From Mizuhopecten yessoensis (taxonomy: Eukaryota): a stretch of 64,000 nucleotides of DNA. This document shows, one piece after another, positions 1 through 12,900 of this stretch. The notes below the pieces were generated by a model. The model did not search any database and was not told the DNA's origin. It worked only from the letters and a program-made list of their open reading frames with translations. Location of the stretch: assembly GCF_002113885.1 (NCBI RefSeq), contig NW_018408382.1:127693-191692 (forward strand), written 5' to 3'. Position numbers and translations under genes: made by a program. Every line of letters begins with the position of its first letter. The stretch's first letter is position 1.

Positions 1-134
1 AGACATTATAAAGCTATAAATTCTCTAGCAATTCACATCACATTATTCTGAAGCTTTCATTGGAAATTAAGATATATAAGTAGCATGTCCACTTTGTTCT
101 TTAGACTGACTGTAATAAAAAGCTAGATTTATAC

Positions 135-657
135 CTGTAGGTGCTGATCCAATCACTACGGGAAGTAGGCCGGAGTAAATTCCTCGGAATCCACCAGCCT
201 TCCAGAAACCTTGTGGACTCTGTAGGCGGGTCTTGACGGTATCCAATGGAAACAGCGACAGATCTACAGACACACCAGCTGATGCTCCAGCCTATCACAG
301 TATAGAAAAGTTATACCTACATCCAACTACTCTCTACTCCAGCAATATTAGAAGTTTAACATGGCGAGATACCTTTGACAAGCACATATTAAAGAACTGT
401 CCTACATGCCAATAAATTGTTTGACCCTGTATTTTTTTTCTTTTTGCACACAATTCTTTTTTATATGCAAACCTTTATCTTTTTTGCAAAGGTTCAAGTT
501 TTAAATTGTAATAAAAAATCAAAATACTATTTCGAGAAAATAATAGCATACATTATTTTCAGTCAACCAACCCAATAAATATAAGATGAAAATAAAATAA
601 ATTACACTTTACTAAGATACTGACCAGTAAGGCCGCCTTGAAGTTAGTCTCGGTCAT
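135..657 (-). CDS. SLC25A26: Mitochondrial S-adenosylmethionine carrier, coding exons 1-2 (625-657, 135-291); the gene continues off the left edge
   Basis: Exon 1 [11 protein letters not shown] (33 nt, donor GTCAGT) joins exon 2 [52 protein letters not shown] (157 nt, TAG acceptor, GTATAA donor). It has the carrier signature PxDxxKxR and closely resembles the SAMC N-terminus as I recall it. Confidence 0.93.
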
Positions 658-1709
658 GTTGAAAGTGTGGTAGGCCGGTCATATACAGCTTACATCTCTC
701 ACAATCTGTAAACCAACAATGCACGGATGTGATGTCAAGTTGTCAAGAAGATCATCGAGTCTGATTGACCCCATACATTTGTTATTACAGTCTGCAGTGT
801 CACAGACTGCTCTCGAGGTGCATACCCAAACACAGAACATATAAATTATCGCTGTCGTCACTGAAACGCAGGTGGCCTAGCTGGGGGTAACAAGTGGAAT
901 GGAGTTTTAATATCTGACCTGAAAAAGATATCTTGTATCTGAAACGAGCGTGTGTTAACTTCAGTGATCTTTGGCAGTGGTGTACAGTTTCCTAGACTAT
1001 TTAGAGTACAAGCCCACATTCTACCAGCCCACCTACGAAAATTTTCATTAGTCTGCCTACTATCACAAAATGTATTATTCCTATACCTATGGAATTGCAC
1101 ACTCCAGCTTTGCATGTTTCACCTTTACCTGTGCTTGCAGTACGACTGTGTCCTGGTTAGACTTGGATAAGATAAGTACTGTCAATTTTGACATCTAAGT
1201 TCTCACACAGCATAAACATGTATACAGTATACGTACTTCAGATATGTTTTATCGAACAGTCACAACTGGTGAAAGCAGGATGCATCTCCTACTAACTACT
1301 TCATAAGTGTATGGAAAGATTGTACACTTCCTGTGAGGTTTCCTACTTAAATTGATAATATTGCGTAACTACAACTTTCCAAGTATACTCCGAACATTCA
1401 TGCATCATGAGGAAGTTTTTAATGTATTTTAACAAATGTTTTCGGCACATCGTATACTACCAGCTTAATAATGTTGAATTTTTAACAAGCAGGTCTAATG
1501 TAAAATTGATATAAGGTTGAATATGATGATTGGTCAGGCACCCTTGTATTGTTATAATATCTATATTGTATTCAGCATTATCGATATATTAAATATCTGC
1601 TGTCTAAGAAAGTAAGAATTAAATTATATGAATTGCTTCATTAGAGTCTGTGTTGACTGCATATATGTGTAATAAGTGCGGAAAATCCCATCAATTTGAT
1701 TTGGACAGG

Positions 1710-2294
1710 TGTAACAGGAGAGGAAAAATGCATGACCTGTCCGGGTTTTGGAACTCAGGACCATCCAAACTCTAGATGGATGCTCTACCAATTGAGCTAC
1801 CTGGTCGCAGATGATTGATCCAGTCCAGTTGCGCTACATTCCTCCCTCCTTTTTTTAAAGTCTTCGCCCCAGGCCCCGCTTGCACGAAATTTCTTAATTC
1901 TTAGTTCTCAATTTTCAAACTAAGTACGTTCTTATCTGAGAAGTTCTCAAAATTGGCTTTCTCAAACACGTTCTCAAATATTTGAGAACGTTCTCAACTA
2001 AGAACGTATTTTAAGTTAAGCATATACTCAAAGTTAAGCATTGAGGACTGAGTTAAGAAGTTTCGTGCAAGCGGGGCCAGAAGACACAGTTATTTACAAC
2101 CCAGGTTTGGGTATCTAATTACCAAGTGTACACCAAATGCTTGAAACAAGGGTTGGTCACAGTCACCACTGTAACAGGAGAGGAAAAATGCACAGCCAGA
2201 CCGGGGTTCGAAAACCCGGGACTCTCCAAACTCTAGACGGATGCTCTAACAATTGAGCTATCTGGTCACTGATGATCGACCCTGTTCCGCTACA
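1710..2294 (-). mobile_element. Complete non-autonomous LTR element (TRIM) with tRNA-like Pol III promoter in its LTRs (Helenus-like)
   Basis: Two ~125-bp LTRs (2170-2294, 1710-1838) with TG..CA ends. On the minus strand the 3' LTR has A-box GTAGCTCAATTGGTAGAGC and a B-box-like GAGTTCCAAAACCC; the 5' LTR has similar boxes. PBS TGGTGACTGTGACC follows the 5' LTR, PPT AAAAGGAGGGAGGAA precedes the 3' LTR, and TSD CAGG lies at 1706-1709 and 2295-2298. Confidence 0.85.
1873..2077. mobile_element. MITE, PIF/Harbinger-like, nested in the TRIM internal region
   Basis: TIR GCCCCGCTTGCACGAAA...TTTCGTGCAAGCGGGGC with a 3-bp CAG duplication on both sides. Confidence 0.75.
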
Positions 2295-2630
2295 CAGGAT
2301 TTGAACCCAGAACCCTCCAATTACTCTAGCTGGACAACTCTACCAGTTGAGCCACCTGGTCACTAATGATCAACGGGCCAGTCCAGTCCTATTAAATATA
2401 AATAGTCTTTGATGCCCCTAAGAAGAGACAACTAAGGTTTGTATATCCTCTTGCAAAAGCATTCACCTGGCACACTTGAAACAAGGGTTGGCAAGCTCAC
2501 CAATTTTGTATTGATGTAATAGGAACAGAAATATGCACTACCAGTCACTGGGATATCAAATCCAGGATCCTTCCAACTCTAGACATACAGACAGTCAGAC
2601 ACTCCAGTCTACCAACTAAGCTACCTGCGT
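2295..2630 (-). mobile_element. Older degenerate copy of the same tRNA-LTR TRIM family (target of the younger insertion)
   Basis: Diverged LTR segments at 2299-2392 and 2516-2630, plus the internal motif TTGAAACAAGGGTTGG shared with 2141-2156. Confidence 0.65.
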
Positions 2631-3762
2631 ATACCCTTAAAGTAACAGACATAAAATTGATCATCACTGACTTAAAGTTATATATGAAATAACAATTTAA
2701 TATACTGTGTCAGCCGAAAGTACGATAACTTTTAGCCTGCAGCTCATTTACAATTTTCTTTAAATCTTAGTTGAAAATCTCAGCAATACATAACTTCACC
2801 TCATAGAAATACATACTTTCAAAAAAGTAATTAAACGAAAATCTTTTATTTTTTATTTTTTGAAAGATTTTTTAACAGTACATAATCAATACATTTACAA
2901 TTCAGTTTTCCATACACATACACACACTCATTCCATTTCTAGTCATTAGCCAAAGTTCAACACTATATTAAAGATACATATTTTTTTGTTATGTTCTATG
3001 TAGTTTTAAATAGTGTAACTGCATATAATTGTGATATTTAAAGAAAAAAATCAATCTATACTTGAATTCATGAGTAAAGTCTCTCATTATTGTTATTTTT
3101 ATTATAATATTATATTAATATTGCCAGGGACTTTGACCAGTTTTTGTAACTATATATCCATATACATATGGGGCAAAGAAGTAATATATGGATATTGTAA
3201 ACATTTACAAGTAGAGTATAGATATCACAAAAAATCTTTTTACCAAACAACAGGGGGGTGGGGCCAAAATTATGAGGAGGGAATGGAGTTTTTCAAGCAG
3301 AACTGTCTGCAAATCAGATTTGAACATTTGACCTCAAAGGACCTTGACATATGTTTTAATTAAAGTTATTCATAACTACAAGAAGTAATTACAGATCCTA
3401 TTAACCAATTAGTGCCAGCTAGAATCTGATGAAGCTTGATTCAATTGAAACTATTAATATTGAACTAATGGAGTCAGCCAAAAAAAGTTCAAGAAATTTA
3501 TCTTGAATGACCTTGACCTTTTAGTTTTTAATAGTCAAAACCCTACTTGCAGGTGGGTGTTTGCATGGTGTAATGATGTGGCCTTTCTTTTATGAAAAAT
3601 GTCAAAAGCTGTTACTTCTTTTAGATTGTGTTCAAAACATGTACACTGTAAATGTATTTATATATAGTCTATATGTACTGACCTTTGACCTTTATATATC
3701 GAACTAGTCGACTCGTACAATATCGTTAATCCATAGATGAATGAACTGCCAAGTTAACCAAC

Positions 3763-3984
3763 CTGACGAGAATCACTTGATTTTTCTGTGTCGGAGGTAC
3801 ACCACAAATATTTGTAAATTCTCGAAATCCTTCGCTGACTCTGGTAAAACGTGTATATAAAATGTGTGTATACCAATCCACGTGTGTTGAGAGACTGGCG
3901 AACAGGAAGTACACAAATTTAAAAGTCTGTCATCTGCGCATGTTCTGGAAGCTACCACAACGTGCTTCTGAAATATATGTCAAC
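3763..3984. promoter_or_regulatory. Probable bidirectional promoter between the SLC25A26 5'UTR exon and the Lys-rich gene
   Basis: CpG-richer segment with TGCGCATG (NRF1-like) at ~3935 and CACGTG at 3879. The plus-strand ATG sits in CAACATGG context at 3985. SLC25A26 coding exon 1 has an acceptor at 706-707, which implies an upstream UTR exon; a candidate minus-strand donor is at 3761-3762. Confidence 0.5.
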
Positions 3985-6900
3985 ATGGAACTCGAGGTAG
4001 ACGAAGCATCAAAATCACTGGTAGCCTCGTGGTTTTCCGATGAAAGCTTCGACGCAGACCCTGATGACACACCATCTAAAAAGTATAAGTCTACATTCGC
4101 AACCAACGATTTATAAACATGACGCGAATACGTAAAAACACGAAACTGTAGCATGGGGATATGATGCTTTTTTTTGGGGGGGGGGGGGGGGTTACACGTG
4201 TTTTTGCCTGACGTTAATATAAGCATATAAAACGTTAAACAGTAGTACCCGCAAAGCAAAATAAGCTTTTTTATTCTGCACTGGGGATTGACTGTCATAC
4301 CACATATATTCAGTGCTATTGTACATATATGGTAACGGGCTGTTTCGACCTACATCATAGGTGTTTGAAGTTCTGACTGTGAATTGAGATAAAAATCATA
4401 TAGAAAAAATAAGGGTATTACTATATAAAAAAAAAGAACTTCTTTTTTTATGTAGTAATACCCTAATTTTTTTATATGATTTTTATCTCAATTCACAGTC
4501 AGAACTTCAAACACCTATGCCTACATCCCATTCGCCCTAGGTTGTTTCGCCCTAAAAAATATATTTATTTATACACTAATATAACTAATGATTAATATTT
4601 AAATATATCAACTAAAGTTATCGATGACATTGGTGTTAGACATGCGCATATTTCATGTAAAGTATGTGGTGAGAGCGGAGTTAGCTTTTCACAGCTGCCG
4701 TTTGTCACACTCGCTTAAAAACAAGACAAACACATTGTTTTATGAAATTGATTTTAATGATATGGAAGACTAAACAAAAAAATTGTGACTTAAAACTACT
4801 AAAATCGAAAGAAAATACAAACAATGTTTCGCCCTAATATTTTTGTTTTAGGGCAAACAGGATTTCGGGCCAAACAACCCAGAACCACATATTATACTGT
4901 ATGCCTATATAATTAACATTTGGATGTGAGCTTGTCAGTTGGCATGTTCTCATGGGCAATATGAACAACGACGAGGCAAATCCAACATGAAGTTCTATTG
5001 CACTTCATTGAATTTGCCTTTGTCTTTGTCCAGTTGGCATTCACCATGCCCATGAATGCCAACTCACTCAGAAAGCACTTCAAAACTTGTGGTGTGAACA
5101 ATGTAATGAGCAAAAGATCAAAGCTCAGAAATGTGGCCTCCAATAATGACTATGTATTATAATCTGCTTTTCACATGCGCTGCCTGTTACAGTACATTTT
5201 AAACAGTTGAGGTCTGACTCATTTTTTTCTCCTTTCATAGATTCTGCTTTAATCTGTTTTGCATAAATACTCTGTAACTTCTTGAACCTTTCAGGGTTTT
5301 CCCTTTCAACTATTTTGCTTCTCTATCAAGTTATCTTATTCTATTATCTGTGATGCTAAAGACTAGTCTTGATAGTTGTGTTCTTTGGGTTTTTTTTGCC
5401 TTCATGAAACACGTATAAATATATTGTATTTCCTTTTTACTCTACAGGAAGAAGAACAAGAAAAAGGCAAAAGTTGAAAAAACAGAACCTCCAGTTGTAA
5501 AGCAGAAATTAATCAATGGAAGCAAACAATTTTCCTCGCCCTCTAAAGAAACAAAGTCCGCAAAGAACATCAGCAGTGTGGCATCATTTGTGGAGGAAAA
5601 ACTGAAGAAAAAACTGAAAAAGTCTAAACATATTAAAGATGATGAGAAAAAGGGTATGCTTGTAAATGTTAAAACTCTTGGCATGAGCATTTCGTGTGTT
5701 TTGTGAGACACCATTTGAAGTGGTCATTGTTACCTTTAAATTTTCGCTCTACGGTAGATTTTCAATCTACTTCAGTTTTAAAATCTATAGCGGAGTTCCT
5801 GTATTTAGCTCACATGTCACAGAGTACTTGTAAGCTTATTAGCCAGAGTTTCCTCTGGCCCTAACACCAGACTTAGACATTTTGGCTTAGATGTCTGGTG
5901 TGGGGCCAGAGCGCACTGCTTTATGAAAATGTGGAATTCTCCCGACACCGTTTGGTATCGGGGAGTGACTAATCAACAAAAAGATGCGGTTCAAACAAGA
6001 AGATATATAAAAAGAAGTCTGAAGATATATATATCAATAAATAATCCATTTATTGATATATGTGAGGTATGTGTTGTGACATAGTAGATTTTTGTTATTA
6101 GCACCTCATAACTCTCTACCAAGCGGTGTCAGAGAATTCCACATTTTTATATAGCAGTGCGCTCTGGTGTGAGGGCCAGAGGAAACTCGGGCTATAAGCT
6201 TACATGATGGTGCAGCATCTGGTGCCACCTCTTTGTTAAGGTCACATGAAACAACGTTTCATTATCATGTGACCCATCTATTGAGGTCACATTTGTTTAT
6301 CTCTTCTTTTGTTTCCCTTCTGAAATTGTTACATTGTAGAATGGTAGTCTGCATCACACATTAAAAATATTGACAAGATTGCCATCAAAAGAGCAGGATC
6401 ACATCAGCATTTACTGATGTTCTGATAAAGTCTATGGAAAAGAAAATATTAGTGATTAGGGATTCATACGTGTTGCTTTGCAGTAGCTTAACCCTTTCAC
6501 CCATATGTAAAATTCTTCCAAGCATTGATCTGGATGAGTCCATTTTGGTCTCCAGTGGTGAAAGGGTTAAAGCTTCATACAATGTCACAGAATATCTTAC
6601 TTTTATTATGATTTCATGAAAGTGATATGATCTTTTTGTGATTTCAGAAACGGAGATGAAATTTACAGGTATGAAGAAGAGTAAGTCGTCTACAGCTGCT
6701 GACAACAGTGAGGAGGAGGAGGAGGAAGAGGAAAGTAAAGCTGCGCTTGTTGGAAAGAAGTCCCCCAGCCAGTCTCCAATTAAAAAGCACACAGCAGAGA
6801 GTATACAAGAAAAACTCAAGGATGGTACCATATCAGACAAGGCAAAGAAGAGGCTAAAGCAGAAACTTAATGCTCTTTTAAGCAAACAGTAGGTATTAAA

Positions 6901-9900
6901 CTGGGACCATGTTAATGTGTGCACGATCTTAAATAATTACACAACGTAACAAAAGTAAGCACATAGCTACAATATAAAACTGTAGTATTAGTGTTTAAAT
7001 GTTGCTTAGAAAATGTTCTGACAAATGATATTGTCTGTACTTTGCAGTAGCTATTACTGTTTATATAGTTTCTTATGTAGGCTGTGATACATACACAAGG
7101 AAACTCACAACACACAATTTCAATTCACACTCAAAATTAGTTGTCTCACTTCAACTGAAAAATTGTGTTAATTGTTGATGCTATAATTAATGACACACCA
7201 AATACAGTTATCTCTATAATTTACCTAGCATGCATACCGAACAAAATTACCTCAACACTTAAAACTTTGAAAATATCTTACCCATTTGAATATTCATGAA
7301 TCGGACAAAAATGTTATATACCTGTTATATTATTTCTACAATGCAGAAAAATGACACTATCTTATCAGAAAAAGAAATTTTATAAAGAAGCATTCGAGGA
7401 ATCAAATCAGGAACATTTCGGACCAACCAAGTTGAAATATTCTACTTCAAGCAAATTTGTTTAATTTCAGTCAGAAGCCTATTATTTATACAGTTATGTT
7501 TACATTTTTTTTATGGTATCTACCGAAATTTATTGTTTAGAACAGAGGGGAGCAAGTCTACTGAAAACCAAAATAGAAAAAACAACAGTCACACAAAAGT
7601 TGAGAAGAAAAATAAAGTAAAAGCAAAGGAGGGTAAAACTGTATCTAAACTAGTGAATGGAGACGATGTCGAGGGAACCAACGCCAAAGGAGATGGAGCA
7701 ACTGAGAAGAAAAAAAGAAAAAAAGGTACACATAAATCAAACATATTAGTTTTACCATTGTTCTAGCTCAGATTTAGATAAAGTTTCTAGTGTCACAGCT
7801 GAAAAGATATATCAGTGATTAACTATTTGTCGCTGACATCATAAAGTGACAATATTCATGCCTTTGTTTAATTACCAGATATCAAACGCAGAGGTTCCAA
7901 ACTAAATTCACTAAGATGGAATCTCATTTGCTCCTGCATCTTTAGTAAATCTTCAGATTTTACTGATGTCAATACATTCACGTTTAGGTATCACTGTTCT
8001 TCTCTTGAATTCTAATTCTCAGCTTTAACTATAAACGCAAATGAGGTAGTCAGTAGTCAGTGTTTGGGCCCACGAAGAAAGCCAACTGTCAGGAAACATG
8101 GAACAAAATTCATGAACTTTGATAATAACAAAACCTAAATCTGTGTAATAATTTGTTAATTATAGGACTTTTAAAACATTTGTTAATTATAGGACTTTCA
8201 AAACTTAAATTTACATGCATTAGTTATTATTGTATTTAAATTTGATATGAGAATTAACAGTTTTAAAACGTAAATCTATTATGTTATATAGAGAAGAAAA
8301 TAATGGAAAAAAAGGAGAAACAACTGGAATCAGATGACACAACAGAAGCAAAGAAAACAGAGAAATCAAAGCCTAAAAAGAGACCAAAGGAAGAGAGTTC
8401 CTCTGATGAATCAGATGATGATGATGATGATGTTCAAACAGTAACGAAAAAACCAAAGGTCAAAATGTCAGAAGATTCTGGTACCCCTGACCGTTCCAAA
8501 CACAGCATAGTAACTCTGGAACAAAGACTGAAACTCGCGTCTTCACAAGTAACTCGTAAAAATATCAGGAAGAAGATCGCTGAGCTGAAAGGGCAACAGT
8601 AAGTTAACATTTGTTACAGAAGGAAATGATCACCGAGATAATTTTTCAGTATTAAAATTTTAGAACCGATAGAAATTAAGAACTACAGCTTGAATAAGCT
8701 TAGTTCAATACGATTAAAAAAAAGTATGCTTTGGAAAGTATACATGACAAATAATATCCAATTGCACAGATAATTATACTTCAGACTGAGAGGAGGCTAT
8801 ATTTGATATTTTTGACATGATTGAAAACAAAAAACAAGTATGTTTTATTATATGACACATTCAACGGGGTGCTGAGAAGATACGTGTATCAAAAGCAGAA
8901 AATATAGATTTCGAGGATTAACAATATGAAGATCAATATTGTGTTTTATAAGTATTTCACCACTAAGGTTTTAACTAGCTCATACATGATACATATATAG
9001 AGAATAATACATGTCTTTTTCCATATCATACCCAGTATCACCCCGAGACTGCAATATCAGCCTGAGGGCTGATATTGGTCGAAGGCTGATACTGGGTGTG
9101 ATATGGAAAAAGGCATGTTTTATTCTGTTTATTACATACTTACTAATAAAAGCTACTATCTTATTATCAATTTTTCTTTTTAAATATTGAAAAACAAAAA
9201 AAATCCAAAATGGGTGTGAAACGGGTTTTGCGGGCTGATACAGGTTTTGGGGTGTGATACGGCGGGGGCTGATACGGCTTTTGGGGTGTGATACGGCGGG
9301 GGCTGATATGGCTTTTGGGGTGTGATACGGCGAGGGCTGATATGGGTCGGATCAATTGTGTCGTATCGCATATACAAAAAAAATGTATTTATTAGTAAGT
9401 ATGTAATAAATATGTATATCTTAAATACTAACTGTTAATCGTAAGCTACATTGCCGATATTTTAATTTATTTCCAATAGTTCCTTCTTTTATATTCTACA
9501 TACACTGTATACCAGGAAACTGTTACAATAAATTTGCCCTCTTTATGGAGGGCGAAAGAGGCGAAAGTTCAACTACAGCAAAAATATCCCAGTATATGGT
9601 TAGGGTATATGTATGTTATACATATGTAATTACAATTGTTGGCATGCTTTGTGTGTTAAGGCAATCCCGGTCTACCCCGACAACTGTTGGAAGGGAGATG
9701 ATGGACATGTCGTCCGACAGCAGCGAATCGGAAGATTCTAGTGGTCCCATGAAAACGGCTACAAAGAAAACAAAGTCGGTCAAGTCTCCTGAAAACAAAT
9801 CTCTCATTGATAAACTGAAGAAGATGCACAGTTCATCACTAGAAAAGTCTGTCAATAGTACCCCTAGCACGCCAGGTAATATAACGTGGTCCATCACTAG

Positions 9901-12900
9901 AAAAGTCTGTCAATAGTTCCCCTAGCACGCCAGGTAATATAACGTGGTCCATCACTAGAAAAGTCTGTCATTAGTACCTCTAGCACGCCAGGTAATATAA
10001 CATGGTCCATCACTAGAAAAGTCTGTCAATAGTTCCCCTAGCACGCCAGGTAATATAACGTGGTCCATCACTAGAAAAGTCTATCAACATTACCTCTAAC
10101 ACTAGGTAATATTACGTGGTCCATCACTAGAAAAGTCTGTCAACAGTACCTCTAGCACGCCAGGTAATATAACATGTTTAACTGCCCTCGTAGACAGCAG
10201 GGGATAAACATTTCTGACCTTCTTTAGGTAGAAAAGTTTGAAGGCCGTTCAATTCAAAGTTTAATATTTCACTGTAGTTATGCTGCAATTCCCTAGTACA
10301 TGTACATGAAACTCGGTGTTATCCACTGAACAAATCAACGCCACAAATTTGAAAGGGAAGATGAAATGTATCATAGTTTATTGTAGGGTTCTCAAAATGG
10401 ACAAATGTTCAGGAACTGGTTATTCGAAAAAATCTTTGGACTGAGTTTATGGTTAATCAGTCAAAGCAGTAATTTTAACTGTTTCATTCAAGTGTGTACT
10501 CATTAGATAGGTGTCTACAGTTTTTATGTCCAACCTGTCTAAGCGACTTCTACTTTTCAAAGTTGGCATTTCACAAATTTGCATTCTGGCCCCCGTTAAA
10601 GTATAATTTGTATGGTGCTTGCGGCAACTCTTTGTTGATCTCGGCTATCAAGTACAATAATGAAGCTCAAAGCCTACAGTTTAGTCTGAGTACTGTCTGT
10701 ATTTATGATTTAAAAAGTATCCATCTGCTCTTCAAAAGAAAATGTGTAGGTCTAAGCCAGGTAAACATGGGGCTCCTTACTTGGTAATATAATGTTGGAC
10801 TGGTTTAGTCTTCTGACCAAGTAACTGGTTAATTGTTGACAACCCTAGTTTATTGTTAAGATGATTATGCAAGTCTTTTAATAAATATGTCATTTTGAAT
10901 ACATGTTTGTGCTAACCTTATTCACCTGCTCCAATATTTCTAAGATAGCCTTAATGGGAATGTTTTGATACAGCCAGCTCTAAGAAACGATCAGCAGAAG
11001 ATGCAAGCATGGACAATGACTCGCCAACAAAATTGAAAAAAAAATCCAAAGTCAAGGTTGAAGGGGATGATGCTACACAGAGCCCAGAGAGGAGTTTGGA
11101 AGAACGACAAAACTATTTTGTTCAGAGACTTGAAGACAAAAGCCTTTCTACAGCAACAAGGAAGCGAATTCGGAGGCAAATATTGAAACTAAAAGAAGCA
11201 CAAAGGTAAATCTATAGCAGTATCATTGTTTTATGAAACTCTAGCTCATCTCAGATTTTGCTAAATGTCACATATCTAAGAAAAGCCATCTTTAGTGCGC
11301 AAATAACAGTTTGTTAGATTTCAAACTAGCAATCCAATTTTGCTTACTGGTAACCTTAGTGGAAAAGATTAATGGAAATGATCAGTTCATGGTCCTTTAT
11401 ACCAAATCTTGTTATTTTGGGGTCTATTTGAAATCTGATATGGCTGCCATTTCAAAAATCTATTAGGAATTTACACTCATGCTTAGTTTGTACGAAATTA
11501 ATGGAATTATCAGCACATGGTCCTGGCAAATTGTTTATATTTTGGAGCCAATTTTAAAACCAATATGGCAATTATGGCAGTCTCCTTGAAATTGTGTTTT
11601 GAAGTTAAGCACAAAGTCTACTAAAACAAATTTGCTGAAACTTGGAAATGAATTTTGGTTATTTCCAAGCTATTCTGAAAGTTGGCCAAAATATTATTGT
11701 GAAGTGTGTCTCCATCATTTCTCCATTAAAGCTGACAGTGCGAGTTAAAAAGCTTTAATTGGGATTTTAAAAAATGTATATTTTTTTCTGGTTTTGAGAT
11801 CCTCCCCATCTCTCACGACTATCGTTTCTAAGGAAGTGCCGACGTTTTTGTTTGCCCTTGCTTGGTAATGAGTATGGGTCTTGCTGGGTATAAAAAGCGC
11901 ATTACCTGTCAAATCGGTTATCATTCTACAACTGACCGTTTTGTGATTCAATGCACGGCGCACCCTGATCGACATCCGATATCAAAAATCAAACGCACTT
12001 ACCTGAAGACTTTGAAACACTGCCAAGCTGGTTGTTACTTATGGCACTTTCTCGAAATAGCGAATCCAAAATAAACATCCAAATATCATCGGTCTTTCAC
12101 GTGCTTAGAACTGCACCCGCACACGAAAACTTTATTATGAACTCTTAGTCTTCATCGTGAAGGCGCTTTACTAGCATTAAGCAGGTGCAAAATGCAACAC
12201 TCCCATGTTTGTATCTTTCAGGGCTGTTTCTTTTGGGTTTTTGGGAGAGAGAGAGGGGGGGGGGGGTGCAGGGATTATTTTTTACATATTTTTAATTGGT
12301 CGTATTTTACTATTATTTCCACTTTTCTTAGATAAATGATATCTTTGATGTGTTCCATTTCAATTTTATTCAACTGATCTGATATGTTGGATCAAAATCG
12401 TAAAAGTGTTCTATTTATGTAAAATAGTAGTGTCACCTTGAGCACATGTTTAACAAATGAAAACCGGTTTGACAGGTTACCAAGCAAGTACATTCTAGAA
12501 TGTCGCCACTTCCTTAGATACGACAGCTGGAAGAGATTGGTACTCAGGAAGATCTCAAATCCAGAAGAAAAAAACACTTTGTTTTAAAAAATCTCAATTG
12601 AAAGCTTTTCAACCTGCACTGTCAGCTTTAAATAAAGTCATAATTTTCATGTGAGCATAACCTCTTCTTGATTTTGTTTGTATTTATATGCAAACAAACA
12701 CAGAGTACTCACACAATGGGTATATCTGTAGGATCTCTGGGTCTCGGTATAGTATGAGTCAACATATAGTTATCATTCCATGATTCACATGTACTTTTAT
12801 TTGGGCCCTACTGAATATTTCACATTATAATTCACATTTGTAAGCACAACTCCTCCTCAATCACTAGTTGTATTTGTTTTTGTAACTTGACACAGTAAAA

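Noticed and set aside
1710-2630. tRNA genes, apparently with a CTA suppressor anticodon
   Set aside because: The stems are degenerate and the sequences sit inside LTRs of a TRIM; the same applies to 59085-59434.
3031-3363. 110-aa plus-strand ORF
   Set aside because: AT-rich, GTG start, no recognisable motif; probably a repeat remnant in an intron.
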